Below, piece after piece: positions 9,348 to 18,686 of a stretch of 64,000 nucleotides of DNA. Made by a program: the position numbers and the translations under genes. Position 1 is the first letter of the stretch. Each line of letters opens with the position of its first letter. A model generated the notes under the pieces. That model saw nothing but the letters and a program-made list of their open reading frames with translations. It did no database searches and had not been told where the DNA came from. This stretch comes from Halobacteriovoraceae bacterium (GTDB lineage Bacteria > Bdellovibrionota > Bacteriovoracia > Bacteriovoracales > Bacteriovoracaceae), in NCBI GenBank assembly GCA_963719505.1, contig CAVRCF010000003.1, positions 96,001-160,000 of the forward strand. The letters are read 5' to 3'.

Positions 9348-10858
9348 GGGCAAGTGGAACTTCTATCTCTTTTTATAAAAACTTTCTTCACAACGTGATA
9401 GTAGGCGCAGTGAGAATGTTTTCCAAAAGACGGTGCATCAGGATAGAGAGTCTTTATCTTTTTCTCTAAAGCAACAGCTTCTTTCCACTTTAAAGAAAAG
9501 GGAGTACTCGTGTGCAGTGTGATGAGATCATTTGTGGGAAGAGAAAAGTTATCAACCATCTGAGGGTCAAGAACATCATTTGTACCTCGCTCTAATGACC
9601 ACAGGTAGTCAAATTCTACTTTGAAGGCTCTTATTATTTCAGTAAAGCGAGAACCTTTATACAGAACTTGGTTGTCAAACTTTGCATGCTCAGCTGTCTT
9701 AGAGTAGTTATATGAGCCTGCCAGTAGTTTTGTTTCAGCGAGATTTTTTTCATCATAATCAATAAGCATATATTTATGATGATTGAGAGACCATGACGAG
9801 TAATGCGGGTTCAAACTATAGAACTTAATTCTGACAGGTGCTTCGCTGTCTTGGCCTTTAAGCTTTTTATAATCACTAACAAATAAAGGTGTTTTTTCGC
9901 GGGGGTGAAGATAGCTGTGAAACTCAAGCGAGTCTACCACCATCTTGACATCAACGCCTCTTTTGACAGCAGCGATGAGTGCATCAGAAATTTCTTCAAG
10001 GTTAAAGTGATTGATGCTAACGAATATATTTTTTTTGGCATTATTGATATGTTTAATTAAGCCATCCCTAACGGTCCAAAGCTGAAGTTTCCTCGAAGGC
10101 TTTCTGTCGAGACTTATGACCGCTCCTTGATCTCTATCTCTTTGACTGGGTTTTTCAATTCGATAGTTCATTGAAGTTGAAAGAAGCCTTGCTTGTGAAG
10201 AGAGTTCAACTGTATTTTGGTCTTTTATAAAATGATCAAGAACATCTGCTGTTGTGACCTCTTCTTCGGTAATATAGTCGGAAGCGCTATTCCATATAAT
10301 GGCAAATTCATTTTCAAAGTCTTTAAAGAGTGAGGTTATCGGTGAGCCTTTAGGCTCTTCAAGCGCATCGATAAAAACAAAGTCCTCACTGTATTTATTT
10401 TCCGCTCCACCTGAGAGGTTTGCTGAACTATTGATGAGTTTATCACCGTCGATGATAAAAAACTTTTCGTGAAGGTTTATTTTGGAAACTTTAAACATCG
10501 CCCCTTTGGCTTCTAGAGCTGTTATCGTTTTATGATGCTTTTTAAACTGAGCTCGGCGCATGGCTATTCTAACGATAGGAGGATTCTTTTTATCGAGTGC
10601 AAAATGGAGGGCTTCATTAAAGTCGGCATCTGACCAAGAGTAAATTGTGACCTTGATCGACTTCTTCGCCTCTCTCACTCTTTTGTAGATTGCTTCGAAA
10701 GCTTGAGTTCCCTGGTGAGGAGACATATAGACTTCAAATTTTGACTTACCCTCTTCGGATTGAACTTGAGGTGTTCGGGTGTTGGGTAGGGTGTTAGAAT
10801 TATCATTGCTCTTTTGAGAACAAGAAACAATCGCTAGTAATACCAACAGCTTAAGCAT
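9344..10858 (-). CDS. Phospholipase D superfamily lipoprotein with two HKD domains
   Basis: Lipobox IVSC; HEKFFIID...SSAN and HHKYMLID...GSYN. Confidence 0.88.
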   Translation of the reverse strand: MLKLLVLLAIVSCSQKSNDNSNTLPNTRTPQVQSEEGKSKFEVYMSPHQGTQAFEAIYKRVREAKKSIKVTIYSWSDADFNEALHFALDKKNPPIVRIAMRRAQFKKHHKTITALEAKGAMFKVSKINLHEKFFIIDGDKLINSSANLSGGAENKYSEDFVFIDALEEPKGSPITSLFKDFENEFAIIWNSASDYITEEEVTTADVLDHFIKDQNTVELSSQARLLSTSMNYRIEKPSQRDRDQGAVISLDRKPSRKLQLWTVRDGLIKHINNAKKNIFVSINHFNLEEISDALIAAVKRGVDVKMVVDSLEFHSYLHPREKTPLFVSDYKKLKGQDSEAPVRIKFYSLNPHYSSWSLNHHKYMLIDYDEKNLAETKLLAGSYNYSKTAEHAKFDNQVLYKGSRFTEIIRAFKVEFDYLWSLERGTNDVLDPQMVDNFSLPTNDLITLHTSTPFSLKWKEAVALEKKIKTLYPDAPSFGKHSHCAYYHVVKKVFIKRDRSSTCP

Positions 10859-10942
10859 TTTTACTCCAAGAAGTTAAAAGTTAAGAGCAACTTGTATTAT
10901 TAAATGAACGAATTGAAAACCTAGGGGGTAAAAGAGAAAGGC

Positions 10943-11329
10943 TTAAATCTTGAGTTCACAGTGTCCACTGTGACATCCTCGTTTCGGTAGGTTAGGACGT
11001 ATATACTTAGCAAATGAGATATAGAACACATCGAAAATAGGTCTAAGAAATGTGTTTTGTGTAATTTTTGTAAAAAAATCAAAGCCTGGAATTCGCTTCC
11101 AAATTTCAATAAAAGTATCAATCCCAGTGTAGACATTGCCGGACTCATCAATAGCATGAAGCTTAAGATTCACCTCATCGATATCTAGGCCGTAATCTTC
11201 AATTTTAAAGTCTGGATGAGCAATGTCTATGCACATGAGAAGTCCACTTGCATCTTTCTTTTTATAGTGAAGAATCTCTTTATAACAAACTGGGCAATTA
11301 CCATCATAGAGTACTGTTAGCTTTTCCAT
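10943..11329 (-). CDS. DCC1/DUF393 thiol-disulfide oxidoreductase family protein
   Basis: N-terminal LYDGNCPVC motif. Confidence 0.88.
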   Translation of the reverse strand: MEKLTVLYDGNCPVCYKEILHYKKKDASGLLMCIDIAHPDFKIEDYGLDIDEVNLKLHAIDESGNVYTGIDTFIEIWKRIPGFDFFTKITQNTFLRPIFDVFYISFAKYIRPNLPKRGCHSGHCELKI

Positions 11330-11390
11330 ACCCTTATTGTATCAGCATTTTTGAAGTCTCTGGATGAACATTTGATAGACGAATAGAAAA

Positions 11391-11759
11391 TTAAAGGGAG
11401 TCGTAAACTTCCTGAGCGTAAGTAAAAATAACATCCAAATCAATAGGTTTGGGGAGGAGGTCAACCGCACCAATTTTTCTCGCATCCTCAGTCGTTAATT
11501 GGCTATCTCCCGAAACAAGGATAACAGGGGGAGGTTGAGAATAATCTTTTAAGGCTCTTAAGAGATCTTCTCCTGAACCTTCAGGCATTCGCATATCGCT
11601 GATGACGAGGTGAATCTCTTTTTGTTTGATAAGCTCAAGAGCTTCATATCCTCCAGAAGCTTCGAGTACTGAATAGCCCTCTTCAGCCACCATGAGCGCG
11701 ATAATCTCTCTTAATTCAGGTTCGTCGTCTACAATAAGGACAACCATTTTCTCTTTCAT
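11391..11759 (-). CDS. Single-domain response regulator
   Basis: IVDDE, SDMRMP, KP; start at ATG 11759. Confidence 0.9.
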   Translation of the reverse strand: MKEKMVVLIVDDEPELREIIALMVAEEGYSVLEASGGYEALELIKQKEIHLVISDMRMPEGSGEDLLRALKDYSQPPPVILVSGDSQLTTEDARKIGAVDLLPKPIDLDVIFTYAQEVYDSL

Positions 11760-11821
11760 AGTCACCACTATATCAATAAGTTTAGACGTGCACAATTTTG
11801 TTGGTAAGAGTTCTTATTATT

Positions 11822-12517
11822 TTAAGAGAGAAAGGTCGTTACTAAGCCTATGAGAGCTCCAAAAACTCCACCCCAAATGACGAGCCATCCTAGGTGTTCA
11901 CGTATCATATCGTTAATAATTTCTTTGACCATAATGGGTGTAAGCTCATTGAGTCTCTCTTTAACAACTTTTTCAACTTTAATGAGAAGGTCGCCTCCAA
12001 GGTCACTTTGAGCCGCTAACTTTTGAGTAAAGTCCGGATTTTCAACAATATCAACTAAGACTTCTTCAAACTTCACTTTGAATTGAGGCTTTAGGGGATC
12101 AAGAGCTTGCTCTCCGCCAAACATGCCTAACATACCTCCAAAAGGAGACTCTAAAATCGCCGATTTCAACTTAAAAAAGACTTGATCAAAGTCGACAACG
12201 GCCAAGATACTTTGTGCATCTATGATTGGAGCTTTACCACCGGTGAGGAATTTATCTAAGTTCTCTTTTGTAAAGAACTGCGTCATAATAAGTTTTTCAA
12301 TTCCCACTTTAAATTCTTCAAATCGTTGAGTGATAATACCTGAACCATAGAGGCCTGGAACTTTCTCAAAAAGCATGTGTATGGCCAACCAATTGGTGAT
12401 GGCCCCTGAAAATGAATAAAGACCCATTGTTTTAATTTCTTCAGAGTAGACAGGAGAGATATAACCCACCGCAATTAGAGCAATTGAAAAAATATTGGTT
12501 AATAGACTTTTATTCAT
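11822..12517 (-). CDS. DUF445 family membrane protein
   Basis: TNWLAIHMLF and EHLGWLVIWGGVFGALIG termini. Confidence 0.85.
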   Translation of the reverse strand: MNKSLLTNIFSIALIAVGYISPVYSEEIKTMGLYSFSGAITNWLAIHMLFEKVPGLYGSGIITQRFEEFKVGIEKLIMTQFFTKENLDKFLTGGKAPIIDAQSILAVVDFDQVFFKLKSAILESPFGGMLGMFGGEQALDPLKPQFKVKFEEVLVDIVENPDFTQKLAAQSDLGGDLLIKVEKVVKERLNELTPIMVKEIINDMIREHLGWLVIWGGVFGALIGLVTTFLS

Positions 12518-12530
12518 TTAGAATCTCCTT

Positions 12531-13373
12531 ATGAAAAATATATTTATCTCTTTATTTTTAATCCCTCAAGTCGTTTTTGCTATTTATGGCGAAGACAATC
12601 GTATGGATCTGCATCAAGTAAAAAATCCACTTTTAAAAAAAGCCGCTCAAGCAGTGGCTTACCAAGTCGATAAAAATGAACTCAGAGGTTGGACCTTTAA
12701 TCGGTACTGGAAGTTTAGACAGAGACCGCTTTTAGAGAGAAATGTCTGCGAGACAGAAAGGTTTGCTGAGCAGTCTTCTATTAGAGCAGGGTGCTCGGGT
12801 GTCCTCGTTGGGGAGGATCTTCTTCTTACCGCTGGAAACTGTATAACTGAACACTACTGTTGGAATGATTTATATTACTGGGCGTTTAACTATTCTTTTG
12901 ACTCTAAAAGCTCAACTCTAGATAAACTTCACAGAACGAATTTTTACAAGTGTGATAAAGTTGTGAAGAGATATTTCTCACCAGATCAAGGAATAAGCTT
13001 CGCTTTGCTAAAGCTTAAGAAAAAAGTTAAAGGAATTGAGCCGGTGAAGATGTCATCTCGCGATATTGACCCAAGTATGAAGTTAGTTGCAATGGGACAT
13101 CCAAAAGGTATTCCTTTAAAAATAGCGGGAGATGTTAGAGTCCTTGACCAAGATGAAAATCTCTTTATTACAAATTCCGATATCGGCGGTTCAAATAAGG
13201 GAGTTCCTTTATTTGATGAGTCTACTGGTGAGTTGATGGCCATCTCTATTTATGGAACGGCAAACTTTTACGACTTTGGAAAAGGCTGTAAGGAAAATCC
13301 GACCTTCGAAGATAATGAAGGTCAGGAGCTTTTTATTAAGTCAAAGACAATTAAGTCTTATCTTAACTATTGA
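12531..13373 (+). CDS. Secreted trypsin-like (S1) protease homologue, catalytic triad substituted
   Basis: Signal peptide, IYGEDNR, CSGVLVG, GHPKGIPLK. TAGNC, SFALLKL and GSNKG replace TAGHC, DxALxxL and GNSG. Confidence 0.8.
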   Translation: MKNIFISLFLIPQVVFAIYGEDNRMDLHQVKNPLLKKAAQAVAYQVDKNELRGWTFNRYWKFRQRPLLERNVCETERFAEQSSIRAGCSGVLVGEDLLLTAGNCITEHYCWNDLYYWAFNYSFDSKSSTLDKLHRTNFYKCDKVVKRYFSPDQGISFALLKLKKKVKGIEPVKMSSRDIDPSMKLVAMGHPKGIPLKIAGDVRVLDQDENLFITNSDIGGSNKGVPLFDESTGELMAISIYGTANFYDFGKGCKENPTFEDNEGQELFIKSKTIKSYLNY

Positions 13374-13588
13374 TTGGCCAAGACTTTTTCAGCACGATGA
13401 ATTTGAACAACTAAATTTTCTAATTCCCCAGCTTCCATCTCATAAAGAATATGACTCTTGCTAAGCTCAGACTTTGGGTTGGCTTTAAGAGATAAAATTC
13501 TATTTTTAGAATTAATCTTGAGTTTTCTAAGTTCTTTCATTGTCCAAGAACTTAAATCATTTAAATCTTTATCATTTATTTTTGCCAT
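13367..13588 (-). CDS. Small hypothetical protein
   Basis: 73 aa ORF directly downstream of 13593-14093 on the same strand. Confidence 0.65.
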   Translation of the reverse strand: MAKINDKDLNDLSSWTMKELRKLKINSKNRILSLKANPKSELSKSHILYEMEAGELENLVVQIHRAEKVLANQ

Positions 13589-13592
13589 TTTC

Positions 13593-14093
13593 TTACCAGT
13601 TCGCCTGTTTGGCGATAAATCTTTCTTTGCCTTTAAAAATTAAGATCTCTTGTTCAACCCCTGTGTTTCCAAAACGATTGACCTCAAAATCTAGTACCAT
13701 ACTGTGACCAATAGCATAGAGACTATTTGAGTTTGTGTGGATGGTAAAGATAAGAGTTTCATAGTTTCCATAAAGGCAGTCAGTCAGTTGATCATAATTA
13801 TTGCAATCAAAGTTTAAATCAGACTTTTTTGTGGCCATGACCTTTGCCGTCAACCCACCCATGGAAATCACCTTGGTATGGTTAAAGGTCTTGGAGCTTA
13901 AAAGAAGGAGGTTCTTTATATAGCTTTTTTCAAAAGAGTCTTGATCATAGCCCGACCTAATAGAGAGATTATTCCCAGTTAGTTTATAGATATTTTTTGT
14001 GGCCTTAATAAAGACTTCTTTGGATTCAATATCCCAGTCAGCGTAAGAGTTCACGGCAAGAAATAAGCTTGCAAGAAGCAGTAAGTTTTTCAT
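13593..14093 (-). CDS. Secreted hypothetical protein
   Basis: Sec signal peptide (SYA cleavage site); AAAGGA RBS. Confidence 0.75.
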   Translation of the reverse strand: MKNLLLLASLFLAVNSYADWDIESKEVFIKATKNIYKLTGNNLSIRSGYDQDSFEKSYIKNLLLLSSKTFNHTKVISMGGLTAKVMATKKSDLNFDCNNYDQLTDCLYGNYETLIFTIHTNSNSLYAIGHSMVLDFEVNRFGNTGVEQEILIFKGKERFIAKQANW

Positions 14094-14163
14094 AATTTAT
14101 CCTTTGTGTGCATATAACACCGAGAATTAAAATAAAGAATAGATTATTAAGTTTATGAAATTA

Positions 14164-15336
14164 TTATAGAGAAGCTATGATTGCTTTATTTCTTGGCGAT
14201 AAACTAGAGTCAAAAACATCCATAATTTTCACGTGGTAGCCATTATTTTGTAAAAAGAGAGCTCGGTCGAGCAAAAGGTAAGTTTCTATGAGCTCTCCAA
14301 AATATCTCGCCATGGCATAATAAGCCCAAAAATAGTTCATAAGCTCCCTATTGGCTGTACTATCGTAGAAAGCTTGCATCTTCTCTTCTGAATCGATAGC
14401 AAATTCACTAAAAAATTTATCGACAGTGGTTTTTGAAAATTCATAGAAACTCTTATCAAAAAGACTTCTTCTGGAGTTACTCATCGAGACGAAGTTAATC
14501 ACATTATAATTTTTGTATAGCCAATGGTAGAAACTCATTTTAAAACTCACGATCTTCTCCCTAAAATGAAAAAAATCAGCGGGTATAGGAGCAAAGCCTA
14601 GGGTGGCAAAAGATAGGGCGCGCTGGTTAAAAGTCAAATTCTTGTCACTTTCAAAGGAGAGGTTGTAATCATCATTTTGAATCTTTGAATAACAGCAGCC
14701 AAAATTAATAAGAGAAGGGAGCCTCTGATCGATGGCCAATCGAAAAATATCAGTGCTAAAGCTTCCACATGTATGAAGTCCAACTCCTAGGTCAAATGAT
14801 TTTAAAGATGGATTTGATTCCTTTGAGATATGGCATTGGGAGAAGCTGACATTACTTCCCAGATTTCCAAGTTTCTTTTTCCCTTTGTTTATCAAGGCTT
14901 GGCTTTGTTCGAGAACTTGAACCTTCATTAGATATTCTTGTTCAAGAAAATAGGCGAAGTTTCCAACTCCACCACCAAAATCAACTGTGTTTTTATTCTT
15001 GTGAGGGTTTAAGAGACTACCAAGTTGAGTTAGCTCATGACGTTTTTTTGTATTTCCCAAAAAATGTTCTTGTGGATGCAACCTATCGACTTTATCGAAA
15101 GAGCAAATCTCTTTGATCTGTTGGGCCAGATGAGTCCATTCTGGATCCTTTAATACTGTCGGGTCTCTTTGAGCGTCAAAAGCCATTTTTTGTTCTTGTG
15201 AGAAACCAGCAATTGTCTCAAGCCAAGAGTGTTTGAAAACCTGGCCTTTAAATACATCTTCATCTTGTTGAGAATAAAAATCCTTGAACTGGTCAAGGAT
15301 TTTTGATGCTCTTTTTAATTTATCACAGAGACTCAT
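14164..15336 (-). CDS. SAM-dependent methyltransferase (METTL25/RRNAD1-like)
   Basis: KKRHE, VDFGGGVG, GLHTCG, GCCY, LSPRN motifs. Confidence 0.8.
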   Translation of the reverse strand: MSLCDKLKRASKILDQFKDFYSQQDEDVFKGQVFKHSWLETIAGFSQEQKMAFDAQRDPTVLKDPEWTHLAQQIKEICSFDKVDRLHPQEHFLGNTKKRHELTQLGSLLNPHKNKNTVDFGGGVGNFAYFLEQEYLMKVQVLEQSQALINKGKKKLGNLGSNVSFSQCHISKESNPSLKSFDLGVGLHTCGSFSTDIFRLAIDQRLPSLINFGCCYSKIQNDDYNLSFESDKNLTFNQRALSFATLGFAPIPADFFHFREKIVSFKMSFYHWLYKNYNVINFVSMSNSRRSLFDKSFYEFSKTTVDKFFSEFAIDSEEKMQAFYDSTANRELMNYFWAYYAMARYFGELIETYLLLDRALFLQNNGYHVKIMDVFDSSLSPRNKAIIASL

Positions 15337-16062
15337 TTATAGATCAATTTCTATCCATGGGTTTGAAACTCTTACACTTTGAGATTGAACTTTTTCTAGT
15401 TCATCAAAAACTTTATTTTTAACATTCAAAATTCCAACCTTTGCTCTTTCCACTTTTATTCTTAAAAGGCCCGGAGTATAATAGGCTTTCCCTGAACCTT
15501 TGACATTAAATCCAGCAGCTCTAATTGTGAAATTCAAACCATTTTTATTAAATCTAAGATCAGCGTCATTGACAACATCCTTACCATTATTGGCAAATTT
15601 ATCAATCTTGATGCGACCATTGTTATTAACGCAAGAATTTAAGACTTCATCTTTAATATCAGCTGAGAGATGTTCATAATCACAGTCGATTGATAGTGAT
15701 TTTACATCGATGTCAGCATCTAAATTATTTCCAGCCAACTTATCGACACTTAAAAATATTTTTGTGTTATTCGTTCTCAGGTTTAGGTTAGCGACGGTCA
15801 ACTTCTCCAGTTCCATAATTTGCTCTGGAATATCTTCAATAGTAAGGCTTTCATTTGTTGTCTCTAAAATAAAATTTCCAGCTTGCTTCTCGACTGTAAA
15901 GTTTGGAGAGTTCTCAAAAGAGTAGCCCGGAACAATGAGATGATCAGCAGATGCGACTCCTGATGGATCATTGTAACTTAAGTTAAAATCAGTAACAGAT
16001 GTCGTTGGAACTTGAGCAAACGCGATGCTTGTTACACTTAAAATTGTGATTAATATTTTCAT
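15337..16062 (-). CDS. Secreted beta-rich hypothetical protein
   Basis: Signal peptide ending AFA; AGGAG RBS. Confidence 0.75.
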   Translation of the reverse strand: MKILITILSVTSIAFAQVPTTSVTDFNLSYNDPSGVASADHLIVPGYSFENSPNFTVEKQAGNFILETTNESLTIEDIPEQIMELEKLTVANLNLRTNNTKIFLSVDKLAGNNLDADIDVKSLSIDCDYEHLSADIKDEVLNSCVNNNGRIKIDKFANNGKDVVNDADLRFNKNGLNFTIRAAGFNVKGSGKAYYTPGLLRIKVERAKVGILNVKNKVFDELEKVQSQSVRVSNPWIEIDL

Positions 16063-16322
16063 ATATAACTCCTGGTTAAAGAGCTATTCGGTGCCTATTT
16101 TTTTTAATTCTCGACCATTTCTATTGTCTAGCAAATTTTTCCACACGCACTTCCGGTTGACCGTTTTGCTTGGTTTTTCTTTAGTTTTTAGTGAGTTAGA
16201 CCTTAGATTTACTAATGTAAATTAGTTGCAATGCAATCTACACATTTTCATCATGAGCCTTAAACCACTTTTTTTTTGAGACGCATAAACTGGTAACAGA
16301 TCTTAACGCAAAGGAGCACAAG

Positions 16323-16577
16323 ATGAGTTACACAGCAAACACAAACACGATTAACAAATCTGCACTTCAAATGATCCCTCAACTCTTCGATTCTAATTTG
16401 ATGGATAAATACTCAAACTTCGATGACTCAAATAACAAAGAGATGAGAATGATTGAGCAAGAGATTGAAGATTTAAGAGATGTGAATAGTATTTACGAAA
16501 ATGGAAGATTTGCTACTCAATTAAAGCTTGAACAACTTAAAGAGAAACTTAATCAACTTGGAAGAGTGTTAAGCTAA
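16323..16577 (+). CDS. Small coiled-coil hypothetical protein
   Basis: Strong AAGGAG RBS; 84 aa with heptad-like C-terminus. Confidence 0.7.
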   Translation: MSYTANTNTINKSALQMIPQLFDSNLMDKYSNFDDSNNKEMRMIEQEIEDLRDVNSIYENGRFATQLKLEQLKEKLNQLGRVLS

Positions 16578-16628
16578 AGCTTTTAAAGTTAAAAAATATC
16601 GTTTATCATAGATTCTAAAAGGAAATTT

Positions 16629-17456
16629 ATGATAGACAAACAAATGTCAAAACTTTCGCAAACTGCGATTATAGTCCAAACTGCAATGTACATTCTTCTG
16701 GTCATTGCTCTTACAAATTTTAATAGCTTCTATCATAGCCTTGACCATGAAGATGGCTTTGTTGAGCTCACAGGTGCATTCTCTTTACTTGTGGCGAGCT
16801 TTATTCTCTTTCGATCAGCTTTTGTGAGAAAGACTAAGGTTAAAAAAGACATAAAATTTTGGACCTTGATCGTTGCTGGATTAGCCTTTTTTTGGGCTTC
16901 AGGAGAAGAAATAAGCTGGGGCCAACATATGTTTGGAACTGTGACTCCTGAGTGGCTAGCTGAGGTTAACGGGCAAAATGAAACCAATTTACATAATATC
17001 AATAAAAAGTTTTTCGACAGATGGCTTGAAAGGCTGACTGCTCTTTTGGCCATCATTTCAGCTGTCGCTCATTTTAGAGGGAAAGATCGGTTCTTGAGTT
17101 TTAAGTTACCTGAATACGGTTTAGCTATGGCATTCATTCTCATTCCTATTTATAGAAAGCTTCAATCAATTTATGGACATGATATTTGGCCTGTGGGATT
17201 TCTCTTCTTTTTTGTCTATCCTTATCTCGCTTATAAATTGAAAAATTTAAAACTATTCATATATTGCCTACTTTTCGTTTTTACAACAGCACTTGTGGTC
17301 TACATTCATCACAATAATCTTGCCCTTTTTAATGGTAAAAGTAATATCTTGCATGAGGTTAAAGAGATGATGTTCTCGTTGATGTGCGTTTTCTACGCTT
17401 TAACTCTTTTGAAAGACGAAAAGCAAGGGGCATTGGCTTCTTTGAGTGAAAATTAA
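16629..17456 (+). CDS. Integral membrane protein with EDGxxE / EEISWGQ / NxQNETNLHN motifs
   Basis: About 7 TM segments with clustered Glu/His/Asn motifs; function unknown. Confidence 0.75.
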   Translation: MIDKQMSKLSQTAIIVQTAMYILLVIALTNFNSFYHSLDHEDGFVELTGAFSLLVASFILFRSAFVRKTKVKKDIKFWTLIVAGLAFFWASGEEISWGQHMFGTVTPEWLAEVNGQNETNLHNINKKFFDRWLERLTALLAIISAVAHFRGKDRFLSFKLPEYGLAMAFILIPIYRKLQSIYGHDIWPVGFLFFFVYPYLAYKLKNLKLFIYCLLFVFTTALVVYIHHNNLALFNGKSNILHEVKEMMFSLMCVFYALTLLKDEKQGALASLSEN

Positions 17457-17465
17457 ATCTAAACT

Positions 17466-18677
17466 TTAAAGGCAGTTTAAAAGTGAGGCTCTATCAACCT
17501 TTCCACTGGGGAGCCTTGGAATACTTTCAAGTTTTTTAAAGTTCTTGAAAGGGATATTAACCGGAATTGTCTTTAATATTTGGATGTGCTGCTGTCTTGA
17601 TATTTCTATGATTGAAAAACAAAAGAGTTCATCTTTTGGGCTCACTAAGAGAACGAGTTCATTTTCTTTAAGAGTACTTTGAATAGCTTCTTGAAGATGT
17701 AAGAGACTAATTCTATTTCCATCAACTTTAATAATGTCATCAGTTCGGCCTTGGATTGTAATCAGACCTTCCTCTTGAGTTGCTTGATCTCCAGTTTGCA
17801 GCCATCCATCTTTATCGATAGGAGAATCTCCATCAATATAGCCAATCATCAATTGGTCACCTTTAAAAAAGATCTCTCCATTTTCGATTTTAAAATCAAT
17901 TCCCTCGACTGGGTATCCTGTAGCCTTTGTTAAAAAATTCTTGTCTTGAGAATTGAAACTAAGAGCCCTAGGTCCGATCTCTGTTTGGCCATAGTTATTA
18001 TAAATAGTGGCTTTGGGAAAAGCCTCGATGAGGTCTCTTCTAAGGTCTAATCCTAAAAAAGCACCTGCGCTCACAACGTGAGTGATGCAAGTGTTATCTT
18101 TAAGAAGTTTTATAAGGCTTGGAAAGTGTGAAGGGACACCGCTGACCATATTGATATGTTGCTCTTCCACAAGATTTTTTACCTTGATGAAGTGATTGAC
18201 CAAGTAGGTTGTTTTTCCTAATGATAGCGCCGTAAAAAGTTGCCCGATAAGGCCAAATGAATAGGACAGAGGAAGAAAAAGTATTTGAGATTCAATATCT
18301 GAAAAGTTTAAACTTTTTGAGATGGAGGAGATATTTCTTTGAATGCTTTTAAGTGAGAGCTGAACAAGCTTAAGTTTTCCTGACGATCCTGAAGTAAGGA
18401 GCACAAGAGCACAGTCTGGATGTAGGTTCTCTTTAGCCAATATGCTTTCGAGATATTGGGTCTCTTTAAAATCTTTAGGTAGCACCACAGCCGGAATATT
18501 GGCCTTAAGAGAAGCTAGTATTTTCACAATAAACTCAACTGTGGCTCTTGCCTCAAGAATCTGAGTTCCACTGAGCGTTTTAGTCTCCTTTTCCACTAAG
18601 GAATTAAGAGCACCGAAGGAGTAGCTTTTATCGTCTATAACGAGGGCAATAGCTTTAGAATTTATTTGTGATAACAT
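17466..18677 (-). CDS. AMP-binding acyl-CoA synthetase/ligase (ANL superfamily)
   Basis: LLTSGSSG, YGQTE, TGD, GRTDD, PRLPSGK. Confidence 0.9.
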   Translation of the reverse strand: MLSQINSKAIALVIDDKSYSFGALNSLVEKETKTLSGTQILEARATVEFIVKILASLKANIPAVVLPKDFKETQYLESILAKENLHPDCALVLLTSGSSGKLKLVQLSLKSIQRNISSISKSLNFSDIESQILFLPLSYSFGLIGQLFTALSLGKTTYLVNHFIKVKNLVEEQHINMVSGVPSHFPSLIKLLKDNTCITHVVSAGAFLGLDLRRDLIEAFPKATIYNNYGQTEIGPRALSFNSQDKNFLTKATGYPVEGIDFKIENGEIFFKGDQLMIGYIDGDSPIDKDGWLQTGDQATQEEGLITIQGRTDDIIKVDGNRISLLHLQEAIQSTLKENELVLLVSPKDELFCFSIIEISRQQHIQILKTIPVNIPFKNFKKLESIPRLPSGKVDRASLLNCL

Positions 18678-18686
18678 AAATTTATT

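Noticed and set aside
16082-16098. Sigma-54-like AGGCACCGAATAGCT upstream of 16062 (minus)
   Set aside because: GG-to-GC spacing is 9 nt rather than the strict 10.
16230-16320. Possible c-di-GMP riboswitch (GACGCA...AAC) upstream of 16323
   Set aside because: No GGCAAAC/GNRA P2 stem visible; an Rfam scan would be needed.
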